Below, in pieces: positions 9,512 through 19,026 of a stretch of 64,000 bases of DNA. Numbering within the stretch: the stretch's first letter is position 1; each line of letters begins with the position of its first letter. The position numbers and the translations under genes are program-made. The notes under the pieces were generated by a model, which saw only the letters and a program-made list of their open reading frames with translations, was not told the origin of the DNA and did no database searches. The stretch comes from a virus: the IMG/VR virus record IMGVR_UViG_3300049979_000188. One strand, given 5' to 3'.

Positions 9512-10063
9512 CTACTGGTAATAAAACGTATCCTCAGGTTGGCGTACCTGAGTATAGGGTAAACATACCCAGGTGCGCTCCCGTCGGCCCAAACCCAGGG
9601 GATAGCGAGCCGGGTCGAGCTGGCTGAGTAAGTCCTTGGCCAAACGCAGCTCACACCAGGCCACGATGCGCCGGGTGGTCAGCTCGTAGAGAAAATACCG
9701 CGTGCTCACTACCCCGGTCCTGGGCCAGGGTTCCGGCAACCGCCGATTATGCAAAAAGCTGCGCGCAGCCGCTAGCTGAGCCTCCTCATAGCTAGCCTGG
9801 TGCCCCCCGCTAGCGGAGTCGACAACCCGGTAGTTGCGGGCCCGTTTCAAGTACGACCACTCGTAAGTCGTATATTCGAGTTGAGGCGGAATGATGTGAG
9901 GCAACCCAGTGAGCCCCTGAATGCGAATGGGGTCACTGTAGCGCGAATGCGAGGTAATTTGGAACCGGTAACCGCAGTAGCGGCTGGCCCAGCGCAACCA
10001 CACTTGTGGGCGGGCCCTACGCCCGCCAGCCTCCAGGTACGGCGCGTTCTTGAACATCGACAA
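9512..10063 (-). CDS. hypothetical protein
   Basis: ORF tiling. Confidence 0.65.
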   Translation of the reverse strand: MSMFKNAPYLEAGGRRARPQVWLRWASRYCGYRFQITSHSRYSDPIRIQGLTGLPHIIPPQLEYTTYEWSYLKRARNYRVVDSASGGHQASYEEAQLAAARSFLHNRRLPEPWPRTGVVSTRYFLYELTTRRIVAWCELRLAKDLLSQLDPARYPLGLGRRERTWVCLPYTQVRQPEDTFYYQ

Positions 10064-10982
10064 AGTGAGCCGGATTACCGACCTGGTATTTGTGGGCGTT
10101 TATGTTGTGCAACAGTTCCATAGCCTGCAGGTAGCGGTTGAACGTTGCCTGACTTTCGGCCCCAAGCTCGGTGGTGTAGGCCTCCACGCTGCCAAAGTTA
10201 AGCTCGTGGGCGTAGTCAAAGCCGGCCGTGCGCATCTGCAGGTAGAGCTCAACGGCCCAGTAAGGGGCGCCAATCATTTGCTCATCGTCGCGCTCGTCCC
10301 ACACGTCGCCTTGCGGGGTGGCTTCCATAATACGGGTAGGCACGCCTAAGTAAGCGCCTACCTGATAGACTTCACTCTTGTGCAAATCGCCGATAAACTG
10401 CAAGTCAACCATGGCGTCGGAGGCCTTGCCAAAGAAGCCCAGGTAAGCCCCCTCATCCCGGTTGGTCGTGCCGGCTACCAGGGAGCGAAACCCCTCCGTC
10501 TGCAGAATAGCCGCCTGGAAGTAAAACATGGGGGTACGCAACACGGAGGCCATCTGCCCGTTGGCCCAGGCCTGGTGACGATAGGTTTGGCCGACCCCAT
10601 TGACCATCGCCTCGTAGGCGGTAGCCAAGTTGATGGAGTCGTACGTGATAACGCTACCGTTGCGGTGGCGAATGTGCTCGACCACTTCGCGGGCCTTGTT
10701 ACTAGCCTCGGCCTGGCCACTAACCCCGCTCACTCCGTACATGGGTAAGCCCATCGCCGCAATGCGCTTAATGGGCGAGTCAGGTTGACGCGCGGCCGCA
10801 TCGAGCAGGTAAAGCGCAACTGCCGAATCAATGCCCCCGGAAATGCCCAGCACTACCGCATCGAGCGCCTGGGTACGGAAGAAGTTATTGAGGGCCCGTA
10901 GCTTGGCGGCCACGTAGCTTTCGACCTCGAAGCCGCGGGTCTTTTTGAAGCGGGAAATCAGGGCTTGCAAGTCAGCACGCAT
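10017..10982 (-). CDS. nadE: NH3-dependent NAD+ synthetase
   Basis: VVLGISGGIDSAV PP-loop, GTTNRDE, FIGDLHKSEVYQVG..LGVP..I....PQGD...DE..IG. Confidence 0.92.
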   Translation of the reverse strand: MRADLQALISRFKKTRGFEVESYVAAKLRALNNFFRTQALDAVVLGISGGIDSAVALYLLDAAARQPDSPIKRIAAMGLPMYGVSGVSGQAEASNKAREVVEHIRHRNGSVITYDSINLATAYEAMVNGVGQTYRHQAWANGQMASVLRTPMFYFQAAILQTEGFRSLVAGTTNRDEGAYLGFFGKASDAMVDLQFIGDLHKSEVYQVGAYLGVPTRIMEATPQGDVWDERDDEQMIGAPYWAVELYLQMRTAGFDYAHELNFGSVEAYTTELGAESQATFNRYLQAMELLHNINAHKYQVGNPAHFVDVQERAVPGGWRA

Positions 10983-10987
10983 AAGGC

Positions 10988-11671
10988 TTAATCAAGGGGG
11001 ATAAAAGGAGAGGGAACTATGCTATGGCTCAGGCCGTCTTTGCCACTGTACTCGGTCGTAACAGTGTAGATTTTTTCACTTTCGGCCGCGGCCACGACCT
11101 CGTCCCAGCTTAGCTCAACCAGCGAGTCGGGAACGACGCCTTTACCAGGCTCAAACTCGTAGCACCAGTAATGGCGGTACTCGGCCTTATACTGGTGCAT
11201 CGCGTGGTGACTCTGATAGAGCTGGCGGGCGTAGCGATAGGTGCCATGGTTGTAGAAGGGATGAAAACCCGCTTCGAGCTGACCTGGCCACTGCGCACCA
11301 TAGCCGTACCACGTTTGCGTGTTGGAACGAGCTGCCACGGGCGGTAGGCCCAGCGGTAGAAACCCAAGACGCTGCAGCTCCAGGAAAATACTAAGCTGAT
11401 TGAGGGCTTCCTTCAGTACGGCGGTCCCCCCGTGCTCGGGGTAGTAGACAAAGCGCTGTAGCTGGTAATCCGAGTTGAGTTGAACGTGCTCCTGGTAGGG
11501 CTCACGGTGAGGCAGCTTGCGCAAGCTGGTGTAAGGCAGACACGTGCGCAGCGTCACAAACGTGCTGTCCGTCTTGACCAGTTCAAAGGGCAGGCCATAG
11601 CCCAGGGCCTGCCCCAAAATACGCTGTATTTCAGCTTTAGGCAAGTCGACAAATTCTTGGAAGGGTCTCAT
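10988..11671 (-). CDS. hypothetical protein
   Basis: 227-aa ORF starting 5 nt from a promoter motif. Confidence 0.7.
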   Translation of the reverse strand: MRPFQEFVDLPKAEIQRILGQALGYGLPFELVKTDSTFVTLRTCLPYTSLRKLPHREPYQEHVQLNSDYQLQRFVYYPEHGGTAVLKEALNQLSIFLELQRLGFLPLGLPPVAARSNTQTWYGYGAQWPGQLEAGFHPFYNHGTYRYARQLYQSHHAMHQYKAEYRHYWCYEFEPGKGVVPDSLVELSWDEVVAAAESEKIYTVTTEYSGKDGLSHSIVPSPFIPLD

Positions 11672-11676
11672 GCCAA

Positions 11677-11705
11677 GTATACGCTTAACCTGGGCTATCC
11701 GTTAC
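11677..11705 (-). promoter_or_regulatory. phage ECF-like promoter motif copy
   Basis: GTAACG-N16-CGTATAC. Confidence 0.75.
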
Positions 11706-11987
11706 CAGGCGTCCCCACCCCAGTTCGTCGAGCTGACGCAGCAAGTCAGCAGCATCCGTAAAGCTAAAGCCCGCGTACGGGTAAGGACCTTGCTCCGGGT
11801 AATTGGAAAGGGGCTGCTTAAGCACGGCTACCCCGGATGCCCAAAGCTCCAGCTCGCGCTTCTCGGGGCTAATAGATTCGCCTTCCCAGCGAAAGCCGCC
11901 TGGCCAACCCGCGCCACTGAGCAAGTCTACTCCCCGGGCCTGCAGTTCCTGCTGCAGCATACTATCGACAAAAAAAGAACGTGTCAT
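11685..11987 (-). CDS. hypothetical protein
   Basis: ORF tiling. Confidence 0.6.
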   Translation of the reverse strand: MTRSFFVDSMLQQELQARGVDLLSGAGWPGGFRWEGESISPEKRELELWASGVAVLKQPLSNYPEQGPYPYAGFSFTDAADLLRQLDELGWGRLVTDSPG

Positions 11988-11993
11988 TTTAGG

Positions 11994-13550
11994 TTAGTTT
12001 TCAGGTTGAAGAGCTTGTAAACGGGTTAGTTCTGCGAGGGCTTGTGTATGAAAGGCAGGGTCCGTATCAGCGTGATACGCCACGTTGGCTTGCCAAACCG
12101 CGAGTGAAAAAGCCATCGGCTCGCTAATTGACGCCCGGTAATAGGGGCAAACGTAGGGGTAGACGTAGGGAACCCGGGTGCGCACCTTGACGGAGTCCAT
12201 ATCGCCCTTTTCCACGACGAGTCCCCCAAAGGGGGCCCCCAGGATAAAGTCACGCGCATCGAGTACTTCCGTATCGGAACCTGATTCAACCAGGGCCCAA
12301 GTCTTGCCGATGGTGACGCCACCCTTCGCCAGGGCCTCGGTGACGAACCGGAAGGTCGCCCCGCCTTGCACATCGTCATCAAATAAGTCGTAGCTACCGG
12401 GGGGAATCTGCGCGCCCCAGCGCACGTACTCTTCGACCGTGCAGGTAGCGTGCATTTCAGGTCGCACCCCGAAGCTAAGAAAGCGCAGGCCAAAGGTATC
12501 GTAGACCCGGCTTACGGCAAAGACATGGTCCGCCTTATTAGGTGGGTCACTTCTCACGTAAGGGTCCAGGCTAATGAGGGGTTCGCGGCGTCCGTACAGG
12601 GGCCCAAAAGGGGAAGGGTGGTCTACGCTGGGACGACGGCGACGCGCAAAGTCGAGTTGCTGCTCCTGCAGTCGCACTACCTGAACTTCGTCAAAGTAGG
12701 GACGCAGCAGTTCCACGAAGGGCAGCTCCCGCTCCTGCGTTACCCGTACCACAAGCTTGCGCGGGGTAGGTGGGTACGTAAAAGCTTGGCGCAGCTGGGT
12801 GGAAGAAAGACTGCTGGTGTTTACGGCTTCGAGAATCACACTCGGATAGGGGCCGTCGAGTAAGGAGCCTACGTTAGGGCCGTGGTAGTGCTGCTGCAGG
12901 GCCCGCACCTCGGCCATGGCCTGGCCATACATGGCTTCGTAGCCAGGCCGGCTTACCACGACCGCCTGGCCGTGGTGGGCAAAGGCGTTGGCAAAGCGGG
13001 CGTTATCACCGCCACAGACGTAAAAAACGGGTACGTGGTGGCCCGTGCGCAACTGTACGTAGCGTTCGAGTCGCATAACCAACTCCGTAAAATTAAGCGA
13101 GCCCGGGGCAAATACCCCAGCCCAGGGGTCTACATTAAGCCAGGGCTCAAACTTGGTAGCATCGGCCAGCAGGCGAATACGCTGGTGAATGGGCAAGGCT
13201 TGCTCACCGAGCTTGTAGCGGATGTACTCGTCGTGGTCGGGCGCCAGAAAGCCCCCTACGCAGGTATAACCAGCCGCGTTCACCGCATCGCGCGCTACGC
13301 GCATCATTTGCAGGTGACCCTCGTGCACGGGGTTAAACGAGCCCGTCCCCAGTACGATGGCCGGCCGCTTGGCCTGGGCTAACTGCTCGCGTACGTAGCT
13401 CAGGGGGGTGCAGTCCAGCGCCAGGCTTTGCGGAATGTTGAGCGGACTGGCAAGCGAATCAGTAAAGAAGCCAGCCTGCGCAATACCGGCCTCCCCAAGC
13501 TCCCCGACGACGGTGCTAAAGAAAGGGTCCTGGGCGATTTTGTGGTTCAT
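11994..13550 (-). CDS. NadD/NMNAT-like nucleotidyltransferase fused to a C-terminal PRTase-like domain
   Basis: GSFNPVHEGH (HxGH), FYVCGGDN, SLSSTQLR; C-terminal DLFDDDVQGGATF resembles a PRPP-binding loop; start trimmed to MNHKIA. Confidence 0.8.
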   Translation of the reverse strand: MNHKIAQDPFFSTVVGELGEAGIAQAGFFTDSLASPLNIPQSLALDCTPLSYVREQLAQAKRPAIVLGTGSFNPVHEGHLQMMRVARDAVNAAGYTCVGGFLAPDHDEYIRYKLGEQALPIHQRIRLLADATKFEPWLNVDPWAGVFAPGSLNFTELVMRLERYVQLRTGHHVPVFYVCGGDNARFANAFAHHGQAVVVSRPGYEAMYGQAMAEVRALQQHYHGPNVGSLLDGPYPSVILEAVNTSSLSSTQLRQAFTYPPTPRKLVVRVTQERELPFVELLRPYFDEVQVVRLQEQQLDFARRRRPSVDHPSPFGPLYGRREPLISLDPYVRSDPPNKADHVFAVSRVYDTFGLRFLSFGVRPEMHATCTVEEYVRWGAQIPPGSYDLFDDDVQGGATFRFVTEALAKGGVTIGKTWALVESGSDTEVLDARDFILGAPFGGLVVEKGDMDSVKVRTRVPYVYPYVCPYYRASISEPMAFSLAVWQANVAYHADTDPAFHTQALAELTRLQALQPEN

Positions 13551-13804
13551 GATGTAGCGAGTAAGCAGGTAAGAAGTAGATGCAGAAACTTGACCACCAG
13601 AAAGTAAGGCCAGAATAAGACAACCACTACCTGACTTATCAGGTAAGATAGTAGCAAGGCCCACTCGGGCGCGGGTAGGGCCAGTTTCTCTACGAAGTGG
13701 GTCCAGAGCGACGTGCGGTACGCCACGTAATGGCAGGCCGGTAAGACGACCAGGGCGTAGTAGAGGCCAGCTACTAGCCAGTAGGTGAACACAGTTGTTA
13801 CCAT
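13547..13804 (-). CDS. small membrane protein
   Basis: two hydrophobic helices. Confidence 0.55.
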   Translation of the reverse strand: MVTTVFTYWLVAGLYYALVVLPACHYVAYRTSLWTHFVEKLALPAPEWALLLSYLISQVVVVLFWPYFLVVKFLHLLLTCLLATS

Positions 13805-14007
13805 GCGATGACATTCCCTTCGAGCCACTCGTAAACACTGTCTCGCCAGCCCGTGTCATTCATGCCGTACGCCTGGGCATCGTAGCGCAGGGCAGCGGGG
13901 AGCTGGTCAAAAATACGCTGCAGCTCACGGGGGGAATAGCTATCGCCCGTGGCATCGACCAGTACATCGTGGAAGTGGTCCCAGTCGTTTCTTGTGAATT
14001 CAGCCAT
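13798..14007 (-). CDS. hypothetical protein
   Basis: start MAEFTR; tiles with its neighbours. Confidence 0.55.
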   Translation of the reverse strand: MAEFTRNDWDHFHDVLVDATGDSYSPRELQRIFDQLPAALRYDAQAYGMNDTGWRDSVYEWLEGNVIAW

Positions 14008-14014
14008 AAGGTGC

Positions 14015-14827
14015 TTACTTGCTAAAGGGGGCAATGGCTTCGAAAATAACGTCGAAGCGAATGATAATGCGCGGGCCTTCCCCGCCTTCGTATTTGGACA
14101 CGTCATGCGCCAGGCGGTGGTCAAACAAGAGCACCGAACCCATTTGAGGAGTATAGGCGTCGCGCACCAGCTCCGGGTCGCTTACCTCGTGGTCCCAATC
14201 CTGGTGACGACGCATGGCGACGGGTACCAGGTTCTGTCCATCCGCAATAAAGCGCGTAGCGCCCGTCGAGTTGGTTGTCAGGTAGAGTACCCCCGACATG
14301 AGGGTACGTTGCAGGCCTCCGGGGTAGATGTAGCCGGCATCGTAATGGGTGAAGTGCTGGCCGCCCTGGTCGTAGCGCATATAGCGCGCCATCGGAGAAA
14401 CCCCTACTGGGGCCCAGTAACGGTGGCCATGGGGTCCTTTTCCTTCGGCATCCGCGTCAAACCAATCGGTAGCTGAGTACGCACCCATCAGGCGTCGAGC
14501 AGGCAGAAAAGGTTTAATAAGCGGCCAGAGCGCTTCCCCAAAGCCTGGGTCCCAGCACGTGATGCGTTGCGAGCCAAGCTCACTGGTGGCCGCCGTTACC
14601 GGTCCACCCGGCGCCATGCCTTGAATGGTTACCGGGGCAAAGCTACCCTGCCGCTCGAAGTAGGCCCGAAGTAGTTGGCAGCTGGCTGGGGTCAGCAGGT
14701 CGCGTACGTAGATTTTATGGTCCAGTGCACGCAGTAGGGCGGCGCCCGGATTGCCTGAAAGCTCGGGAAATACTTCTTGGCTTACGCAGCCGCCGGGAAT
14801 GCGGCTCATGTCAGGAGCACTGTTCAT
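14015..14827 (-). CDS. 2OG-Fe(II) oxygenase (prolyl-4-hydroxylase-like)
   Basis: RYMRY..GGQHFTHYD (HxD), SGVLYLT..GATRF, LLFDH...HDV, RIIIRFD. Confidence 0.85.
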   Translation of the reverse strand: MNSAPDMSRIPGGCVSQEVFPELSGNPGAALLRALDHKIYVRDLLTPASCQLLRAYFERQGSFAPVTIQGMAPGGPVTAATSELGSQRITCWDPGFGEALWPLIKPFLPARRLMGAYSATDWFDADAEGKGPHGHRYWAPVGVSPMARYMRYDQGGQHFTHYDAGYIYPGGLQRTLMSGVLYLTTNSTGATRFIADGQNLVPVAMRRHQDWDHEVSDPELVRDAYTPQMGSVLLFDHRLAHDVSKYEGGEGPRIIIRFDVIFEAIAPFSK

Positions 14828-14855
14828 AAAAAAGCAGGAGGTTGGTTACAAGGAA

Positions 14856-14884
14856 GTTTACGTAAAAAAGCCCTGCGCTGTTAC
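14856..14884 (-). promoter_or_regulatory. phage ECF-like promoter motif copy overlapping a terminator hairpin
   Basis: GTAACA-N16-CGTAAAC; GCCCTGCG/CGCAGGGC stem plus U6 on the minus strand. Confidence 0.7.
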
Positions 14885-14904
14885 TAACGCAGGGCTCGCA
14901 GAAA

Positions 14905-15123
14905 TCAGGGCTTCGTATAATTTGCCAGGTACGAGGCACTCAGGCTTAGCTCAGGGTCTACTTCGCGCCCGGTACGCCGGCTAAAGGTCCAGGGCCCGCA
15001 GTGAATAAGGTCCTCGTCGACCAGGGTTACGTTGAGCTGCATCGGAACGCGGCCGGCTAAGAGCCGCAAGACAGTATCACCTGCTTCGACGGCCATAAAA
15101 TCTACGCGTGTGGGCTTTTCCAT
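14905..15123 (-). CDS. hypothetical protein
   Basis: ORF tiling. Confidence 0.6.
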   Translation of the reverse strand: MEKPTRVDFMAVEAGDTVLRLLAGRVPMQLNVTLVDEDLIHCGPWTFSRRTGREVDPELSLSASYLANYTKP

Positions 15124-15401
15124 GGAAATAAGTACGGGTCGAGTAAAGCAAGTACTTCAGCTTGGCTGCGAGTAGCAGGCTGGTGGGTAGCCAGCAGGTT
15201 ATAGCCGGTAATGGCTACCTGCAGCTCAGGGGTTTCGAGTATGAAAACCTTTTGGTAGCTTAGGGCAAAGCTTACGTTCACTTGCTCGGCCTCGAAGGCT
15301 AGCACCGACTCAATCCGGCAGGGTCCTTGCGAGATGAGGATGCTTTTGAGCTGCTCGCCGGCAAAGGTGTCGGGGGTAAGCTGGGGGATATTATTGGTCA
15401 T
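15102..15401 (-). CDS. hypothetical protein
   Basis: ORF tiling. Confidence 0.6.
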   Translation of the reverse strand: MTNNIPQLTPDTFAGEQLKSILISQGPCRIESVLAFEAEQVNVSFALSYQKVFILETPELQVAITGYNLLATHQPATRSQAEVLALLDPYLFPWKSPHA

Positions 15402-16146
15402 GTTGAGCTTCGGGTTTGGGAAGTAGCGCTTCAGGTAAATCGTCCGGGACCTGGCCCTGCATGACCTGGTCGGCGTTGTGCAGAATAAAGGCTACGTACT
15501 GCAGGGCTACCTCCGCATTGCCACTTTTACTTAGCACCCGGCGAATACGTTTGACCAGTAAGGCCACGCTTACGCGGTGAACTCCTACGCGGTGCGTGTC
15601 GGTAAGGGCATCGAGTTTAGTTCGCAGCTGCAGCACCTCGTTGCGTAAGCCAGCTTCCACCCCGTGGTTATCGGCAGTGGGCAGACCGAGCTGTCGCAGA
15701 TTGGTTTCCAGTGATTTAATGCGCGTGCGTAAACTACCGGCCTCGCTATTAGCTTCGAGTAGCTTCTGGCGAAGTTCACGTACGGAGCTGGGTTCCGCCT
15801 TAGCTTGTGCGCCTTCCGGGCTTACCGCGGATTTGCTGAGTAGGAGTTGGACCTGGCCCTGGGTGTTTTTAAGCTGCCCTTGCAGGTTACTAACCTGTTC
15901 GTTTAGTCGGCGTACGTGGTCTTGAAAGGCCGTATTCTCCCGACTTAAACGGCGTGCCAGCCTTTCGCTCTCGCTTAACTGTCCGCTTATTTTATCGGCG
16001 TCAATCACGTCTTTACGGGCACTGAGCTTGGCGCCTACTTCCCGCAACGCGTCCACGCCACCACGAATATACTGCGCGTGTTCCGTGTCGTTGTCACGGC
16101 GCCAGGCGCCAATCTGGTTTCTAAAAAAGGAAAGAACGTTAAACAT
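15391..16146 (-). CDS. coiled-coil protein
   Basis: long heptad stretches. Confidence 0.7.
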   Translation of the reverse strand: MFNVLSFFRNQIGAWRRDNDTEHAQYIRGGVDALREVGAKLSARKDVIDADKISGQLSESERLARRLSRENTAFQDHVRRLNEQVSNLQGQLKNTQGQVQLLLSKSAVSPEGAQAKAEPSSVRELRQKLLEANSEAGSLRTRIKSLETNLRQLGLPTADNHGVEAGLRNEVLQLRTKLDALTDTHRVGVHRVSVALLVKRIRRVLSKSGNAEVALQYVAFILHNADQVMQGQVPDDLPEALLPKPEAQHDQ

Positions 16147-16852
16147 GGGTAGGGGAATTAGGTGAGACCGAATCTGCGGCCAGTGCCTCGGTAATGCGCA
16201 GGGCTAAACTCGGGAAACACGCCGCTAGCACTGGGTCGATTTGTGCAAGTTGCACCTGCGGGTAAACCGGGGGCTTGTAAAACGTAGTGGGCTGGTTGGG
16301 CTTCAGATTCAAGTGCGTTTTAAACCACTCCGCCTGCGCGTGCAAGTCCCGCCAGTCAATCCAGGCGTTGAGCACCTCGTACTCACGCGCGGTGGCGCCA
16401 AACTCTGACTCACGGCGTAGGGTCTGTATCGTGTCACCGAGTTTGAGCAAGCGCCCCGTAAAGCTGGCCAATTGCCGAAACTCCCCGGGCTCGGTACACA
16501 CCAGGCGCGTTTCGAGCCAGCGCACAAAGGTCAGGCACAACACGTCAGCTGCGCGCAACCCAAAATCAGGGTCTGTGTCGACCATGAAGTCGAAAAAGGT
16601 CTCCCCCTTCTTGCCCCGGGTAAAGGTAACCAGGCCTTTTTCATGCAGTAACAGCTTTAGCTCCTGGCTGATGGACTGCTCGGGGTAGTGCTCGTGCAGA
16701 AAAAGGGTATAGCGCTTTTTTAAGCGCCGCTCCATTAGCCTCGCCCAGGCCTTATTATTGAGTGGGGTCAGCAAATGCTTGGCCACGAGCTTAGGCCAGA
16801 AGTCCTGCAGACTTCGGCAAAAAGCATAGAACGTCTCGCGATGGTGAACCAT
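16139..16852 (-). CDS. hypothetical protein
   Basis: 237-aa ORF. Confidence 0.7.
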   Translation of the reverse strand: MVHHRETFYAFCRSLQDFWPKLVAKHLLTPLNNKAWARLMERRLKKRYTLFLHEHYPEQSISQELKLLLHEKGLVTFTRGKKGETFFDFMVDTDPDFGLRAADVLCLTFVRWLETRLVCTEPGEFRQLASFTGRLLKLGDTIQTLRRESEFGATAREYEVLNAWIDWRDLHAQAEWFKTHLNLKPNQPTTFYKPPVYPQVQLAQIDPVLAACFPSLALRITEALAADSVSPNSPTHV

Positions 16853-16890
16853 TGGGTAGCGTAGGGTAAGCTAGTGAGTAAGGAGGATGG

Positions 16891-17247
16891 CTAAAAACAA
16901 CGAATGGCAATATCACCCTTATCCACCCGAACGACCAGTCCGTTGCTGTAGGTGTGTTCTTCCGGACCAGTGACGATGCGGAAGCCACCGTAAACGGTGG
17001 AAAAACGCGGGGATGCGGGGTGATAGCCGTTGGTAAACTCAATGCGGTCGTAGCGGCGCAGAGACCCCAGCGTACGCTTCCCCAGCGCATCCTTCGGCCC
17101 ATCCCGCTTATAAAGCCGGCTCAAGAGCCAGGGGGAAGGACGACGAAATCCTTCTTTTTTCTCCCCCGACTCCATTACTTGGTAGGGGCCGGGACCTTTA
17201 TGGGTTGTGCCGCTCAAGGTAAGACGTAGTACTTGCTCTTTTTCCAT
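16891..17247 (-). CDS. ASCH/PUA-like domain protein
   Basis: LRLTL...SGEKKE.FR....W...RL...YD.I.F.NGY pattern. Confidence 0.7.
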   Translation of the reverse strand: MEKEQVLRLTLSGTTHKGPGPYQVMESGEKKEGFRRPSPWLLSRLYKRDGPKDALGKRTLGSLRRYDRIEFTNGYHPASPRFSTVYGGFRIVTGPEEHTYSNGLVVRVDKGDIAIRCF

Positions 17248-17256
17248 AGGTACCAA

Positions 17257-17285
17257 GTATACGCCTTAAAACAAGTACGCGTTAC
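17257..17285 (-). promoter_or_regulatory. phage ECF-like promoter motif copy
   Basis: GTAACG-N16-CGTATAC. Confidence 0.75.
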
Positions 17286-17299
17286 GAGCCTATTTAAGT

Positions 17300-18025
17300 G
17301 TGTCAGGACCCGTTACACTGACCGCAGCTATGGCCAAAGAACTTAATTTTTCACCCGACGTCTCGCCCCTTGGCAGCTCCGCTGTTACGGGCACTGTTCG
17401 ACAAGAAAAACCCGTCTTCGTAAGCAAAAAGACGCCTCCCAGTGTAGTTCGCCAGGTAGTAGTTACCGCCTTAAGCCAAGGCTATCAGGTCACGGCTGTT
17501 GCCCCGGCTTCGAGTGGCAACGCCCCGCTTAGCGGCTACGTCATCTACCGAAACGACCGCCCCAGCCCCCTGGCCACTGTTTCGCAGCTGCCCTACCTGG
17601 ATTTAACCGCCCCCGCCGGTAGCCTACCTGGCTACCGCATAAGCGCGTTGAACCTCTCGGGTGTGGAAGGCCCTAAGTCAACGATGACTACGGTAAGTGC
17701 GGGCGGCCCTGTCGTTACCGTTCCGACGCCAAGTCTACCCACCAGCGTCACCATTGACGGCAGTGTGGTGGTAAGCGGAGAAACTATTTTTAGTGCCGAT
17801 GACCAGGTCCTGACCCTCTCGGCCGCCGGTCTGCTCACCGCTAGCTTTAGCAGCGGCAGCGGGACCGTTGAGATTAGCTACCCGCCGGCTACGAGCTGGT
17901 CCGCCCTCAATGCCACAACCGGCCTGAACGTAGCCGCTAACCGCAATTTCATTCTACGCGTGAAGCACCCCGTGAACACGGCTTTTACGGCCGTGCTGAC
18001 CATCAACTATGTGCCAGCTACTTAA
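17300..18025 (+). CDS. FN3/Ig-like virion accessory or tail-fibre protein
   Basis: GYVIYRND...YRISALNLSGVEGPKS FN3 signature; S/T/P-rich. Confidence 0.7.
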   Translation: MSGPVTLTAAMAKELNFSPDVSPLGSSAVTGTVRQEKPVFVSKKTPPSVVRQVVVTALSQGYQVTAVAPASSGNAPLSGYVIYRNDRPSPLATVSQLPYLDLTAPAGSLPGYRISALNLSGVEGPKSTMTTVSAGGPVVTVPTPSLPTSVTIDGSVVVSGETIFSADDQVLTLSAAGLLTASFSSGSGTVEISYPPATSWSALNATTGLNVAANRNFILRVKHPVNTAFTAVLTINYVPAT

Positions 18026-18041
18026 AAAGTTAACCACCTCT

Positions 18042-19025
18042 ATGTCGCTCATTATTACCCGCCGCGTAGCCCCGGCGGCGCCCAACCTGGACCCTTTGCT
18101 CACGGAGCAACTGCAAGCGCGCCCTACCACGGTGCAGGTGCAGAACTTGATTGCCAACGCAGTGTCCAGCATACCAGGAAGCGACGAGTCACTGACGGAG
18201 GCCTTACTCATTCGCCCCACCACCACGCAGGTGCAGAACTTAATCACCCAGGCAGCTTTTGAGGCAGGCATCGGCACAACCCTAACGCCTTTCACCCCTG
18301 CCGCCCTGGCTGGGAGCCTCCCCCTCTGGCTGGATGCCGGTGATAGCACTACCCTTACCATAAGTGGCGGTAGCGTAAGTAACTGGCGTAACAAGGGAGA
18401 CGCGGGCGGTAGCTTCGTCCCCGTACTGAGTGCCCCACTCTTTCAGGATAACGAAGTAGTCTTCAACGCTACGCCCCTGAGCAGCGACGTGGCGTTTCCC
18501 ACCAGCTTAAACTTTATAGTACTGGCCGTAACCCGGCAATCGGATTACAGCACCGAAGCCCACGTGCTTAATGTAGCCGGCTACATTACCACCCTGGGGG
18601 TTAAAAACGGAACCGTATATGGGTTTACCCAACCTGACTTCCAGAACCAAGTAAGTCAAGCAGTTGGTCCTGGAACGACGCTGCGCGGAACCGTTTTTTC
18701 CCGGGAAGAACGCCTAAGTCGCACGCGTATTGGCCAGAACGGCGCACCTGGCGCTCTTATTACGGCGACTGCAGTTACCCTGGCGCAAGGCCCCGCCCTA
18801 CTCGGCGGAGAGCGACAGTCAAACAATAGCGTAGAGAATCCTTTCAAAGGGAATATTGTGGAATTGGTGTACTGCACGACCAGTTCCATGGCTCTCATCC
18901 GTAAGCTCGAAGGCTATTACCGCCTCAAGTACGGCATCGCCTTACCGCCCACGCACCCCTACGCGACGACGCCTCCTTACGTTGAAAACCTATCCCCACC
19001 CGATTTAACGCCCCAGGTAGTTTAA
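18042..19025 (+). CDS. LamG/concanavalin-like lectin, putative receptor-binding protein
   Basis: LWLDAGD...VSNWRNKG and FKGNIVEL...IRKLEGYYRLKYG motifs; N-terminal duplicated RPTTxQVQNLI. Confidence 0.75.
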   Translation: MSLIITRRVAPAAPNLDPLLTEQLQARPTTVQVQNLIANAVSSIPGSDESLTEALLIRPTTTQVQNLITQAAFEAGIGTTLTPFTPAALAGSLPLWLDAGDSTTLTISGGSVSNWRNKGDAGGSFVPVLSAPLFQDNEVVFNATPLSSDVAFPTSLNFIVLAVTRQSDYSTEAHVLNVAGYITTLGVKNGTVYGFTQPDFQNQVSQAVGPGTTLRGTVFSREERLSRTRIGQNGAPGALITATAVTLAQGPALLGGERQSNNSVENPFKGNIVELVYCTTSSMALIRKLEGYYRLKYGIALPPTHPYATTPPYVENLSPPDLTPQVV

Positions 19026-19026
19026 A

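Noticed and set aside
13551-13859. N-terminal extension of the NadD-like ORF to 621 aa
   Set aside because: It overlaps a separate membrane-protein gene in another frame; the coupled ATG at 13550 is the more plausible start.
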